Origin: a virus
Lineage: Duplodnaviria > Caudoviricetes
Virus record (IMG/VR): IMGVR_UViG_3300018050_000477
Span: 1-35,743 of that record
Direction: 5' to 3' (one strand)
Length of the DNA stretch: 35,743 nucleotides
The position numbers and the translations under genes are program-made. Positions within the stretch are counted from its first letter, which is position 1. Each line of letters begins with the position of its first letter. Of this stretch, positions 21,201-28,164 are shown one piece after another. The notes beneath the pieces are model-generated. The model saw only the letters and a program-made list of their open reading frames with translations. It was not told where the DNA came from and searched no databases.

Positions 21201-24177
21201 TAACTGTTCGCGGAGTTAGTAAACTGGTATCAAGATATATCTTTGGTTCAAACTTTGGCCATAGTCCTAATTTTGTTGGAGTCTGAGGGATAAAACATCC
21301 GTTAGTATTTTCAAATTCAAAAATTGAGATTATATCGTTATTAGCAATATCAGCTAATATTAAAACAAATCCTTGTTCATCAAAAGTATAATCTTTACCG
21401 TGTAGCAACTGTTCGCCGTTAAGGTAAACTAAAACTGCTTTACTAGATAGCTCATTTAACGTGAACGGTGTTGTTAAAGGATAACTCTTAATTCTGTAAT
21501 CAAATACTTTTAAATCATTTCTAATATTACCTGCACACGGGACCATGTCGCTAAAATAATACGGAAATGTTGAAGGTTTATTTTTATTAATTTCTTGTAA
21601 AATCATGTTCACATGAACATGCGGCTCTGCTTCAACACCTAGTGTTTCAGCAACTTTAATAAAATTTCGTTTAAACTTATTATAATCAATTTGAGAATTT
21701 TCAACAGCTCTAATAATATTGTTATTCTGCGAAGTCAAATGATACAATGCTAAACCAATTGGGCCACTATGCTGAACAAATTTAGTTCCAAATTTTGTAA
21801 TATTTCCTAAATCTCTAATATTGCTTACGCCCGGATAGGCCCCAGTAAACTGATCTTGAATATTATCAATTATTGAATTAACATGCGCCGAGATTTCTCC
21901 TAACGTAAAGTCAGCTATATCGTCATTCAACGGATTGTTTTGTAGTCCAATTGGAACTTCATAAAAACCGTTTGAATTAATAGGTTGTGCCGAATATGCT
22001 TTAATTGTTAAAATATCAGTTAATTGAATATCATTTTGTAAAATAATTTTCTTAAATGGAGTTGTATCAGCAATCGACCATAACGATTTTTCTAACCTTA
22101 CTCCGTTTATTAACACCAATACTTCTAAGTCTTCTAAACTGTTAACGTCATCGAACATGTCTAATTCAAAATTGTTAACTTTGTTCGAATCTTTATAAAT
22201 TCGTACAGCTGCTTGAACTTTCTTACTGACTGATTGTTGCCAGCCATTAACAAACTTAATTTCGTTGTTTACCAGAGTTTTCAAAAGAAATCCGGTATTT
22301 GTCGACTTGTCGATAATAAACGAAACATCTTTATACTGATAAGAGTCGGATATGATATCGAAATTAAAAACAATATCACCTATGTTATCAATGTTTTTAT
22401 ACGATAACGGGAACCCTAAAACAGAATCGCTAGCGCCTGATCCAATTTTATAAGAAAATAGTTTTGTGCCAGAAAAAGTTGATCCTTCGTAGACAGACTT
22501 ATCACCAACACTGACACCGTTTTCATCAAATATATCAAACAACGGTGCTTGGTTTACATTTAATTTTTGTTGTGCCTTGGACCAATTAGAACCATCGAAC
22601 CAGTACCACGATCCACGATTTAACAATCCGTCGCGAATTAGAACTGCATCCATTTTTGACGGGGATGTTTCTTCTGTTAAGTGGATCTGTCTTACACCAT
22701 CAAGTATTAAAAAGTCAACTCTAAAAATCTTGTTCTTAACTCGAATATCTGTATCAGCGGCAAATAAAATTCTTTGCCCTTGAGCAATATCAACTCCGTC
22801 AATATTATAACCTAGCTGTCCTTCAATTTTAGAAAAGACATCAACAGTATATGTGTCAATTAAATCAACGTCCGGAATGGTACTTGTTCCAAAATTAAAT
22901 AATTTCAAATCTGGTTCAAACTCAATAATAGGTCTAACGGCCCTAGCCGATTGATCAATATCTGCAATTTTTCCGTTATATCTTGCACTAGATTCGATTG
23001 TGTCTTTATGGAACCATCGATTATATCTGCTCCAAGGATTGCTGTCTTTACTACGTCTACTAACTACAATATAATCTTTATTACCAGCATAACTTGTTGC
23101 ATCACCAAACGGCTGACTATCAAACGGGTCTACGTCAAATAATACAGAAGAGCTAGTAGAATACGGTCCAACGATTTCTAACGATGAATCACTAACTAAC
23201 TCAATAGAATCTCCAACTCCTTCGACATAGTAGTTGCCAACTTTAAATTTTTCAGGAACAACATTTCCTACAAAATTTAATTTCATTCCGTTGCTTAACG
23301 CTGTGCCGTCTGGAAGGGTGTAAGTTTTTTTGCCTAACAGATCTGTCTCAAGATTAAATGTAGTGGATTCGTCAATTGACAATATCTCAAAAACTCCGCC
23401 TAAATTTACATCCGTTTCGCTAACATAATATAATAAATCAGGCGCATTGATTGGAACTAAAAACTCAATAACTCCCTGCTCAACTGCATTATTTGTAAGC
23501 CCAGCAGCTTCGTATCGATATGTAGTTCCGTCAATGCGTTTTGTCTTAATGCTAAACGGATTTCCTAAACTATTAATTTCAAAACGATAGGTTTGTCCCC
23601 TGTAAAGACGTATGCTAGGGTTTTGTGTTAAACCCGTTGGGTAAAAAATATAAGTGTTATTATCTTCTTCTGGTTTAATTTCAATTTTATAAGTGCTAAC
23701 AATTTTTTCTTGATTGCCTATTACACGAATAGCATCTGGGCCGTAAGGTAACCAATAGTATTGTTGGAAATTAACAAACTTATCCCAATCAATATGTGGA
23801 TCCCAAGAATAAAATTCTTGTTCGTTAAGTCTAGCATGATTCTTAGTATTGCCACCAAATACACTAATTTGATTAATATAATCTTGATAGTCTTTAAAAA
23901 AGTTTACATTTTCTAACTCGTCTTTAATTACTAGACCCGGCTCTAATTGATAATTTTGACGCGGTGCATCTGCGGCTTCAATAAAAATATCTTTACTACT
24001 GGTTGATTTACTATTTTGTTTTCCTATGTAGCCGTTAATTTTTTTAACAGTACCAGGTTGTATTAATTGATCTACAGTAGCTTGTAAGAATTTTTTATTT
24101 GAATCTGTTCTATAATATCTTGGTAGTAATTCAGAACTTGATGTTTTTCCGCCAGATGGATTAATTTTATCCGCCAT
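9277..24177 (-). CDS. Giant (~4966 aa) multidomain baseplate wedge protein (gp7-like position)
   Basis: One 14.9-kb ORF directly after gp6. The start is likely the ATG at 24177 (GGAG SD 7 nt upstream) rather than 24189. It contains the wedge-like motif FVNEVKPYRTKIRE, FG-GAP-like propeller blades, CBM5/12-like repeats, GSGY-type repeats, GDG.T..F / VYVNG Ig-like repeats and an FD-rich C-terminus. Homology to gp7 is inferred from gene position only. Confidence 0.75.
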   Translation of the reverse strand: MADKINPSGGKTSSSELLPRYYRTDSNKKFLQATVDQLIQPGTVKKINGYIGKQNSKSTSSKDIFIEAADAPRQNYQLEPGLVIKDELENVNFFKDYQDYINQISVFGGNTKNHARLNEQEFYSWDPHIDWDKFVNFQQYYWLPYGPDAIRVIGNQEKIVSTYKIEIKPEEDNNTYIFYPTGLTQNPSIRLYRGQTYRFEINSLGNPFSIKTKRIDGTTYRYEAAGLTNNAVEQGVIEFLVPINAPDLLYYVSETDVNLGGVFEILSIDESTTFNLETDLLGKKTYTLPDGTALSNGMKLNFVGNVVPEKFKVGNYYVEGVGDSIELVSDSSLEIVGPYSTSSSVLFDVDPFDSQPFGDATSYAGNKDYIVVSRRSKDSNPWSRYNRWFHKDTIESSARYNGKIADIDQSARAVRPIIEFEPDLKLFNFGTSTIPDVDLIDTYTVDVFSKIEGQLGYNIDGVDIAQGQRILFAADTDIRVKNKIFRVDFLILDGVRQIHLTEETSPSKMDAVLIRDGLLNRGSWYWFDGSNWSKAQQKLNVNQAPLFDIFDENGVSVGDKSVYEGSTFSGTKLFSYKIGSGASDSVLGFPLSYKNIDNIGDIVFNFDIISDSYQYKDVSFIIDKSTNTGFLLKTLVNNEIKFVNGWQQSVSKKVQAAVRIYKDSNKVNNFELDMFDDVNSLEDLEVLVLINGVRLEKSLWSIADTTPFKKIILQNDIQLTDILTIKAYSAQPINSNGFYEVPIGLQNNPLNDDIADFTLGEISAHVNSIIDNIQDQFTGAYPGVSNIRDLGNITKFGTKFVQHSGPIGLALYHLTSQNNNIIRAVENSQIDYNKFKRNFIKVAETLGVEAEPHVHVNMILQEINKNKPSTFPYYFSDMVPCAGNIRNDLKVFDYRIKSYPLTTPFTLNELSSKAVLVYLNGEQLLHGKDYTFDEQGFVLILADIANNDIISIFEFENTNGCFIPQTPTKLGLWPKFEPKIYLDTSLLTPRTVIQGHDGSIVLAYGDYRDQLILELEKRIYNNIKVEYDPLIFDASDFIPVYNRTSSYSLKEFDEVLSSNFYSWANLIDRDFTKPLSYNNQDPRTFNYREMATPDGRTPLPGYWKGIHRWMLETDRPHLCPWEMLGFSEEPRWWQTVYGPAPYTSDNLVLWDDLSNGIIREPNKPPVQNKKYVRSYLKDNIPVNSSGELISPVESGLASGIITNSTAGDFVFGDVSPVENSWRRSSHYPFAILITLILTHPARSFGLLLDRSRVIRNIAGQIVYKDTQKRIRPKDILLPSVFSSKTHVRTSGIINYLVDYIQSDRLKSYEQYLYDLQNIQVRISHRIGGFTSKEKFKLLLDSKTPLTAGSVFIPTEDYEIILNTSSPVKKIIYSGVIITKLEDGYSIKGYSKTQPYFRYYNWTKSGIEINVGGVSESFTTWTPENQYVAGKVVAYSSRYYRVKTLHTTTTTFNPNYYTLLPSLPIVGGRNAYIRQGWDRTDAIVLPYGTKLRTIQDVVDFLLGYGEYLKDQGFIFDNFNNQLGTITNWETSAKEFMFWTTQNWSTGQDKWSNWQQEQPVMLGQIVRYNGDYYRAINNIDPSSIFDYDQYVKLDGLSSIGSSVISLSPAAMNLTFSADKSVVDDVRNQFNKYEIFKVDGTPIQPQFLNNYRDENAVSYTPVTDGIYGATFYLVQKEQIVLLKNSTLFNDTIYNPASGYRQERIKVSGYVSSEWKGDFNVPGFIFDQALIKDWQAWQDYALGDIVKYKQFYYTAKSSTPGKETFVQNDWMKLDSKPTPQLLPNWTYKATQFQDFYNLDSDNFDSDQQTMAQHLIGYQKRQYLNNIIKDDVSEFKFYQGMIIEKGTQNVLNKLFDVLSAEGQESITFYEEWAIRTGQYGASNSFENIEFVVDEELVKNNPQGFELVNQIDTSVVDFVVRQTPNDIYVKPIGYNNNPWPLIENNDRYLRTPGYVRSSDVKVVLKTINDIINQDVTTFKEGDYIWAGFENRQWNVYRYSRLNNSIVDITYTIGKITVTFENIVSPTIGNYLSIDQTSQYNGFYQILSVDGRVVTLSATKDEQPKPFADQQRVVAAYLRSNRVDSIDQIDNVVDVPLIENELVWTDDSGNGKWGVWKHSDVYSQNEIVNSAPQEGLRYGRQVLLNSLGNISLISTGNGEAIVLDKAGINSPWVQRQIITPPFITKETGFGFSNSPDSYTGDIMALSKDSRWLALGTPFATEVCSLYKGVWNSSTSYSVGDIVLRNSKHYESLVTNTNNNPEVNSRTYTSLSGTVLTGAGVGATFHVNVVSSNYFVTVVSGGTAFAVGDSIRIFGSSLGGASPENNLIIKVVSVVGGGATGPIATVSCTGNARDYWKEIPYISVDSTGSNSTLTRQGVISLYEKDSNNIFTLVATVLSPAPTAYELFGSSLTFGDDILFVGANGYNNDQGKVYRLTYKTVTEVTTTYNPVGSSGTTVVLTSTSGIKEGMYLKGTGFSNQYVSSVNQATSSIVISSPPDIDPFGVIEFVTTGWRYDVEHYIDSPTVVGSSFGAILSISKDSSTLLVTSLKETPYSKVFVYKTTDKIDYNLTQTIIGQAREFGSSTTSSDDGTYIAISSVNYDGDKIDQGSVSVYKLEDGNYSLYQTILSNRPEIAEFFGSKISFMNDYESLIIFSKGSDTIIRTKFDDGLTTFDNGLTTVFDVIENNGRVDVYDRYYSKWVYGEKFENLQTDVAGYSSGFAVGSNQVIIGIDNAIDQGLRSGKVFEYRKVSGHLSWQLQHRENDRVDLSQIKRAFLYNKRTNKMVSYLDVIDPSQGKIPGIADSEIRFKTFYDPATYSIGTDEVNVDDGMAWTKSYVGALWWDLRTAKFIDSNDTDLIYRNSTWNTIFPFASIDVYEWVESRLTPTQWNEIADTEEGLVAGISGTPLYSNNVYSVIKKYDTISKSFRNTYYYWVKGKKTIPAVANRKLSASAVASLIENPRGSDYRYIALTGSNSFSLVNVKSLLQDKDVVLSVEYWLTKNSYRNIHSQWKIINNESSTVIPQAIEQKWFDSLSGKDSKGRLVPDTTLPEKLRYGIENRPRQSMFINRFEALKQFIEYLNNELFKNLIIENRDVSDLNSYEKEPGQLTGLYDSILDSDAELRFANIGTYEKPSFSAIIENGRIVGIDIKAKGKGYSVSPYFTITGSGQGAKVKAKIDTKGQIVGYDVISSGEGYTSDTLVILRNYSVLVRSDSAANGAWSIYSYEPTTLVWSRVQTQSYDVRKYWNTVDWYATGYSEFTAIDHTIATFTDLISLNSSVGQTVKVKTSSAGTWVLLEKYSNSSSVDWTQSYKIIAKEKGTIQFLSTLFKFENTLYGFDGSLYDSSIFDNSVSIELTIILNSLKDKILIDDLKYVYLNLFFNSVRYVFSEQSYVDWIFKTSFVKAQHKVGELKEKVTYNSDNLENFEDFVNEVKPYRTKIREYVSSYDKLDSSQISTTDFDLPPVYENGALSSITTNVVGGLVQADNNSVISYPWKHWYDNLGFSIISLVIVDGGSGYRAEPTVNIVSNTGTGATARALFSNGRINRVILLTKGEKYLTAPEIVLSGGLVDGGTPAKVIAILGNGVVRSNLIKLKFDRLSQKYLMSKLQETETIQGSLVDGSRIQFSLTWAPDVANTFVQNIQLSRPTVLINDVEVLKENYKLSVVTSTSKGFTSYYGSITFKNPPAEGSVITVNYTKDLQLLTAADRIQFYYDPSVGELGKDLSQLMTGVDYGGVSVHGLNFDISSGWGSVPYYTDKWASFDETYDDHIVSVSAGTHTFTLPYVPEDGTELNVYYVGKNVDSYIGDGFSTIYNFNINDIYPPTVTVSITTTISASITNVAGSDIVTVASTAGLRVGDILSIIPDVAKTLGFETKIVNIINSTQIKLNQILFKSIAAGTSAIFTRTLVDPIDCTINPNGTVFLVEPIPVGAEISISAYTNPIRLDDPNYTITGTARDELNSLQIEYNLLVDEYYSLINSKAATESTLAIANNDLQDKQSELNALLVVLDGLTPSDPLYAPTVSDINILVYTTIPAIQSTISTEEASLALINTDIDANETAKVEKLQDITAQSNYISTLTPLANTTSIMQTIIADGVEDTFSIPSSFDVYDGDQFIWRKASSDGSVIPQDQDYDTAISGGDLAYSSATGIAADDIIVDGDGFVTPTTSPATEEVVPGQVVDTVAIKVYDRPNQGSANIKVDSYIADGVTTDFLITQQPNTKTAVIVKFTTGVRDQISGVLSSSSTIKTLNTDYTIDYQNRQVKFLSAPPEGQLVSIFSFGFNGSNILDLDYFIGDGTTKEFITKASWTNSPTTYLVYVNGVEPLFGTPALFKTDSSYESNNRIGMVFSTAPAAGDLINFVIVEGSQQTYSVTKTERFQGNGSTTYNLENIVGDTLPAESNMLVRVNNKFLQGPNNSYFDILGNRVNYAIDPTKYVPYSLAIGDIYVYAGGDLLVSGIDYVVDLSGINVKITQNIRRKYLNQELIISVKQTQDYEYVPPSGIQPAKIIFNEAYQTTDLIEVLSSYKHDILDIQRTEVNVTSTLVLTPDTPSFYNYKEVAGGIIQLDRTVIDENYVWVIKNGILLTPSADFRLNEDKQSIKLAFYPDVADIFTVITYGSQVLTSGISYMQFKDMLNRVHYKRLNANKQTRLVNNLLYTDNSIEVEDASNFDRPSVANNKPGIIEIRGERIEFFTLTTKTVGSVTTYVLGQLRRGTLGTGVSKVHRAGSYVQDLGPSETIPYTESTLIEQVKSDGTNIVPLSFTPMDPNTGVEQSSSWTYDTGYISTIPTGYGQADDIEVFVGGYSSMPWVSNKEYTVDDIVEVGSYTYRCLTEHTSSTEFFTDKDKWSFFVGNIRLKKKPYHVHNINEAPYSPEGDIQLDAEFSVDAESKQLRLTNKLEFGTRVTVIRRTGTNWDGKPLPDGTIPPNILDDDSKIARFLRAVPGIWYSNIGKYENKAGLPSSFDSADGTFDNTSITFDQG

Positions 24178-27100
24178 TGTTTGCTCCATATGAAGAACTT
24201 GTTATTGTTTGTTGTGATGTTGTAGTCGACTGTACTGTTGTTCCTGCAACAGATTTAATTGTTGAGCTGGTTATGCCTGAAATAATTTCAATATCGTCAA
24301 CTGTTGCCCCATTTACAAACAACTCGTCGCTAGCTGATTTAATTTCGAACAGGCTACCAAACCCTAATCCGTTTTGTCTCGGTACAATAACAAAACTAGA
24401 AATGTCCGGGGCAAGTTGTGTCATTACATAAGCAGAAAGTTCTGTAAAATAAAATGTATCGCCAAATTCCCAATTTTCTAAAGCAAAAAATTCTTCTATT
24501 GCGGATATAATTCTAGTTTTTATATCGTTGTCTGATACAACTTGATTTGAATTTTTAATTACTTTAAAACTTGCCTGAACATCTGGACTTGCTGTTTGTC
24601 CAAATAAAATTTTGTAATTCGCTGGGTGATAGATGATTTCGTCGCTAATTGTCTTGATGAGATTTAAATTAGTAGAAACTAAATCATATAATTCATTAGA
24701 ACTAGGAGGCAACGGTTTAGTTTCAATTGCACCAGACAACCATTGTCTAAATTTAATATCAAAACTCTTTGTTAGTAAGTAGATGTCAATAATATTACTT
24801 GCACCTGGGTCAATTCTACTATCGTAATCAGCATTATGAACATATTGAAATTTTAAATTACTTCGACCAAGAAAAACTTTATAATCAAGTGTAGGTACAT
24901 ACGGATCAGCTAACTTGTCGTTGTATTTGAAAACGGTATTTGTATCTACAAAATAAAAATACTGTCCTGTTTTTCTTTCATTAAATGATGCAAAGTTTTT
25001 ATTAGCTTTTACTAGTACTGTCTGATTAGAATTATCAAAGTATCTGTAATCTTCTTGTCCTTGGCTAATTGAATATTTTTCTTGAATAATATACTTCTTT
25101 TGAAGTACTACAGAACTAGTTTCTCCAACTACCGGCGGCTCTACGATATTCAAAAATAATTCTGGATTATCAACTACTCCGTTATCGTCGGAGTCTGCAA
25201 AAGACACAATAAGTTTTTTATTGTCAACATAACCATCAATACCAACATACTCTTGTACAATATCCCATGATTGATCGTAAGTAAATGAGGAAGAGCTATC
25301 TGGCTGTGTATTGATGCTCAACACTTTAATTAGATCTTTAACTATTGCATTTGTTTTGCTATCATAAATTTTGTTAGAAGATTCAAAATAAAAACGAACT
25401 TGCTTATCGCTTTCAAAAATATAACGCTGACATCTTGATTCTACTGTATAAAATTCATTATCTGTAGTAAACAACAGCAACCAACTAGCGTCCTGTCTTA
25501 AATTAGTCTGATCGCCTTGCTTTCCTAAACTAAAATTATTTTTTGTATCTAAGTTTAATTCAAATACAATTTTCCATTGTTGATTTACTGCATCGTATCT
25601 TAATCCAAACGGCTTGTTTGAATAAATTAAATCTATCATTGTTCCAATAGTATCAGAATCAATTACAGTTCTCCACTTTGGAATAATCAACGAAAGCAAT
25701 GGATTAATTCCAGATCCTGTTGACAATGAAGGTATTGTTCTATTAAGTGTTACTGGTCCAAACCCTGTTGATAAAACACCAGTTCCGTTTGCAGAACCAT
25801 CGTTGACTATACTAACAACTTCGGCCCATAAAGAAGTTGTTGCGCCTTGCGATGCAGGCGATCCATAAACTAATTGATTATTACTTAAAGTGTCAAAATA
25901 CCAACCTGCTGGGGCTGAAAACTTTAACAATGCGCCTGCTTTAATATATTTTAGGTCGGTCGAAGTAAACTCTCCTAATTTATAAATTTCATTACCTGCA
26001 TTTGCGCTAAAATACCCAGTTGACAAGCCAGTGTCGCTGGTTACATTTGTCCAGATAGTATCCAATCCTTCAACATAATTTAAGAATTTTTCATAATAAA
26101 AATTTCTTAAATCAACATTTTTTAAAACGTCAACAATTTCATTGTAAATGACACCTTCAATGTCAGTTTTATTTTCATAAGAGAATCTTAATGCATTTGT
26201 AAATTCTTCTTTGTAAACTATTCCGTCATCAGCAAATAAAGTTGTAGAACTATATTTGCCTGTTGGGTCTGATAAATCAAAGTATCTGCTAATACCAGAA
26301 CTTGTTCTATTGATAGCTTTAATTTTAGATATTTGTGTACTAGCGGATAGCGGACTAATGTTGTAGTCTTCTCCAGTTACCATTCTATTTTGTGTATAGT
26401 ATGTTTGCGGAGCATTTGCTTTGATGTCTTCACTAGATTCTGATACAGCAGCATTTGAAACACTACTAGCCAAATTCATCGATATAGTCAGTGCTTCTTG
26501 TTGTCCTGCATTTGAAATATACGGGAACGAAATACTCACATTTCTTATATCTTGTGTATTGATTGTATAACTTAATCCGTTGCTTACTCGATAATAAGTT
26601 TTAAAAGTTCCTAATGGCAGGTCGCCAAATGTTCCGTCGCTGAACTGTAAACTAATAGCGTCGCTTGTTCTTGTTATAACAGAAAAGATTGTTCTTATGC
26701 TTTTATTAACACTATTGTAGATAATATTATTAGCTTCAAAATTTGAAACACTGGTCCACAGCGCAGATTCTGTACCTTCAGAGTCTAGTTGATATAGCCA
26801 CACATCGTCGTTATTAATATTTTGACTATCAATGTCAATAGACTGATTATTACTTGGCTGTGTAATTGTAAATGTTCCTGTGTTAAGGGTTCCTTGCACA
26901 AATCTTAAAAAGAAACCTGATCCTGGACTACCAGTGCCTCGTCCATCATCTTTATAGATGCAACTTAGACGATTACCTTGTTTTGGAGTTTCTTCGTATA
27001 TGTAAGAACGACCCTTAAATGTGGTGCTAACTACTTCAAAATCCATGCTACGGCCAGCAACTGTTTTTGTAAAACCGTAAACAGGCAACCCAGTAGTGTT

Positions 27101-27673
27101 ATTTTGAAACACGTACTGGTCTGTTGGTGTTCCATAAATTACCTCACTTGCCGACGGATTACCAAATTGCTGTGTTTTTGCAAACGCAGAATTCATAACT
27201 TTAATAAATTGATCGTACCAATTCGGATTGCTGGCATCATTCCAATTGATTACTTGTCCTGATAAATTTCTACCAGTACTATCAACAACATTTTCAGTCG
27301 TTGATACACTTGAAAACTTTAATAAACCACTAGCAGCAACATTTCGTTTGGCATTGTATGACAACATCCTTGCTAGACGCAATACGCTTTCGCGTCGCTC
27401 GGCTAGTTCTAAGAAATTATCTCGAGCATTTAAGTCAACACGGAATGCTATACTTTGCCCTAAGAACGCAATAAGATCAATAAGTGCTAGATATTCGCTA
27501 GATTCTATGTAATCGTTGTAATCTTCTGGATAGTTTTGACGGATATAATCAATCATTGTTCTGCGTAGATTTTCAAAATCGTAGCTTTGAAAATCAGCAT
27601 TTTTAAAAGATTGATATATTTTTTTCCAATCTTCAGATATTAAAAGTTTATTTTGTCTAGCAGTTACCGTCAT
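24167..27673 (-). CDS. gp6: Baseplate wedge subunit, gp6-like
   Basis: Motifs YDFENLR, DYIESSE..ALIDLIAF, NARDNFLELAERRESVLRLARMLSY, LQFSDGTFGDLP and ES.EDIKANAPQTYYTQNRMVTGEDY, which are hallmarks of gp6 / baseplate J. Confidence 0.9.
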   Translation of the reverse strand: MTVTARQNKLLISEDWKKIYQSFKNADFQSYDFENLRRTMIDYIRQNYPEDYNDYIESSEYLALIDLIAFLGQSIAFRVDLNARDNFLELAERRESVLRLARMLSYNAKRNVAASGLLKFSSVSTTENVVDSTGRNLSGQVINWNDASNPNWYDQFIKVMNSAFAKTQQFGNPSASEVIYGTPTDQYVFQNNTTGLPVYGFTKTVAGRSMDFEVVSTTFKGRSYIYEETPKQGNRLSCIYKDDGRGTGSPGSGFFLRFVQGTLNTGTFTITQPSNNQSIDIDSQNINNDDVWLYQLDSEGTESALWTSVSNFEANNIIYNSVNKSIRTIFSVITRTSDAISLQFSDGTFGDLPLGTFKTYYRVSNGLSYTINTQDIRNVSISFPYISNAGQQEALTISMNLASSVSNAAVSESSEDIKANAPQTYYTQNRMVTGEDYNISPLSASTQISKIKAINRTSSGISRYFDLSDPTGKYSSTTLFADDGIVYKEEFTNALRFSYENKTDIEGVIYNEIVDVLKNVDLRNFYYEKFLNYVEGLDTIWTNVTSDTGLSTGYFSANAGNEIYKLGEFTSTDLKYIKAGALLKFSAPAGWYFDTLSNNQLVYGSPASQGATTSLWAEVVSIVNDGSANGTGVLSTGFGPVTLNRTIPSLSTGSGINPLLSLIIPKWRTVIDSDTIGTMIDLIYSNKPFGLRYDAVNQQWKIVFELNLDTKNNFSLGKQGDQTNLRQDASWLLLFTTDNEFYTVESRCQRYIFESDKQVRFYFESSNKIYDSKTNAIVKDLIKVLSINTQPDSSSSFTYDQSWDIVQEYVGIDGYVDNKKLIVSFADSDDNGVVDNPELFLNIVEPPVVGETSSVVLQKKYIIQEKYSISQGQEDYRYFDNSNQTVLVKANKNFASFNERKTGQYFYFVDTNTVFKYNDKLADPYVPTLDYKVFLGRSNLKFQYVHNADYDSRIDPGASNIIDIYLLTKSFDIKFRQWLSGAIETKPLPPSSNELYDLVSTNLNLIKTISDEIIYHPANYKILFGQTASPDVQASFKVIKNSNQVVSDNDIKTRIISAIEEFFALENWEFGDTFYFTELSAYVMTQLAPDISSFVIVPRQNGLGFGSLFEIKSASDELFVNGATVDDIEIISGITSSTIKSVAGTTVQSTTTSQQTITSSSYGANNGG

Positions 27674-27675
27674 GA

Positions 27676-27733
27676 TTTATCCTAATAACTATATTTATCG
27701 AAGAAAATAATGTATGTACTTTATCCTAATAAC
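27676..27733. repeat. 14-bp perfect direct repeat TTTATCCTAATAAC (27676-27689 and 27720-27733) flanking a late promoter
   Basis: Read directly from the sequence; the copies are separated by 30 nt. Confidence 0.9.
27692..27720 (-). promoter_or_regulatory. Late promoter (GATAAATA variant) with upstream element, upstream of gp6
   Basis: Minus strand reads AGTACATACATTAT-TTTCTTCG-ATAAATATA, followed by SD AGGA and the ATG at 27673. Confidence 0.75.
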
Positions 27734-28164
27734 AGTCCGTTTGCTTGGTCAAATCGTAATTGCATAGACTGACTAATATTATAAGGCAAATAAGTTAAGA
27801 CACATTCAAGTTGTATTCCTGTATCATACTGACTGACAGAAACTTGGCTTGCACTTATTCTAGGATCGTAATTTATAATTGTATTCACGTTCTCAACTAT
27901 TAAATTCTTGAGTTGATCTGTTAAAGGCTCAAATAGCAAGTCCCATATAATTGTTCCAAACGCAGGATTCATTAGGCGTTCTCCTTGCCTAATATGAAAA
28001 TGATTTAATAAGTCTTGCTGAATTAATTGAAAATCATACAATGCATAATTTTCTGTTTCGTTGCTAACTGTACTAAAGCCTTTATACGTTTTTGGAGTAA
28101 TTAAGTCTTTACGTTGGTTTGGTGAAAGTACTATTTTATTGTATAATTTTGAATTTTCACTCAT
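27721..28164 (-). CDS. gp25: Baseplate wedge / sheath initiator, gp25-like
   Basis: Motifs YKGFST, DLLNHFHIRQGERLMNPAFGTIIWDLLFEP and IINYDPRI match the GPW/gp25 family. Confidence 0.9.
   Translation of the reverse strand: MSENSKLYNKIVLSPNQRKDLITPKTYKGFSTVSNETENYALYDFQLIQQDLLNHFHIRQGERLMNPAFGTIIWDLLFEPLTDQLKNLIVENVNTIINYDPRISASQVSVSQYDTGIQLECVLTYLPYNISQSMQLRFDQANGLLLG

Noticed and set aside
9277-24177. Intein or intron explaining the giant ORF
   Set aside because: No Hint-domain splice motifs, homing endonuclease or frame interruption were recognised. The length is explained by repeated structural domains.
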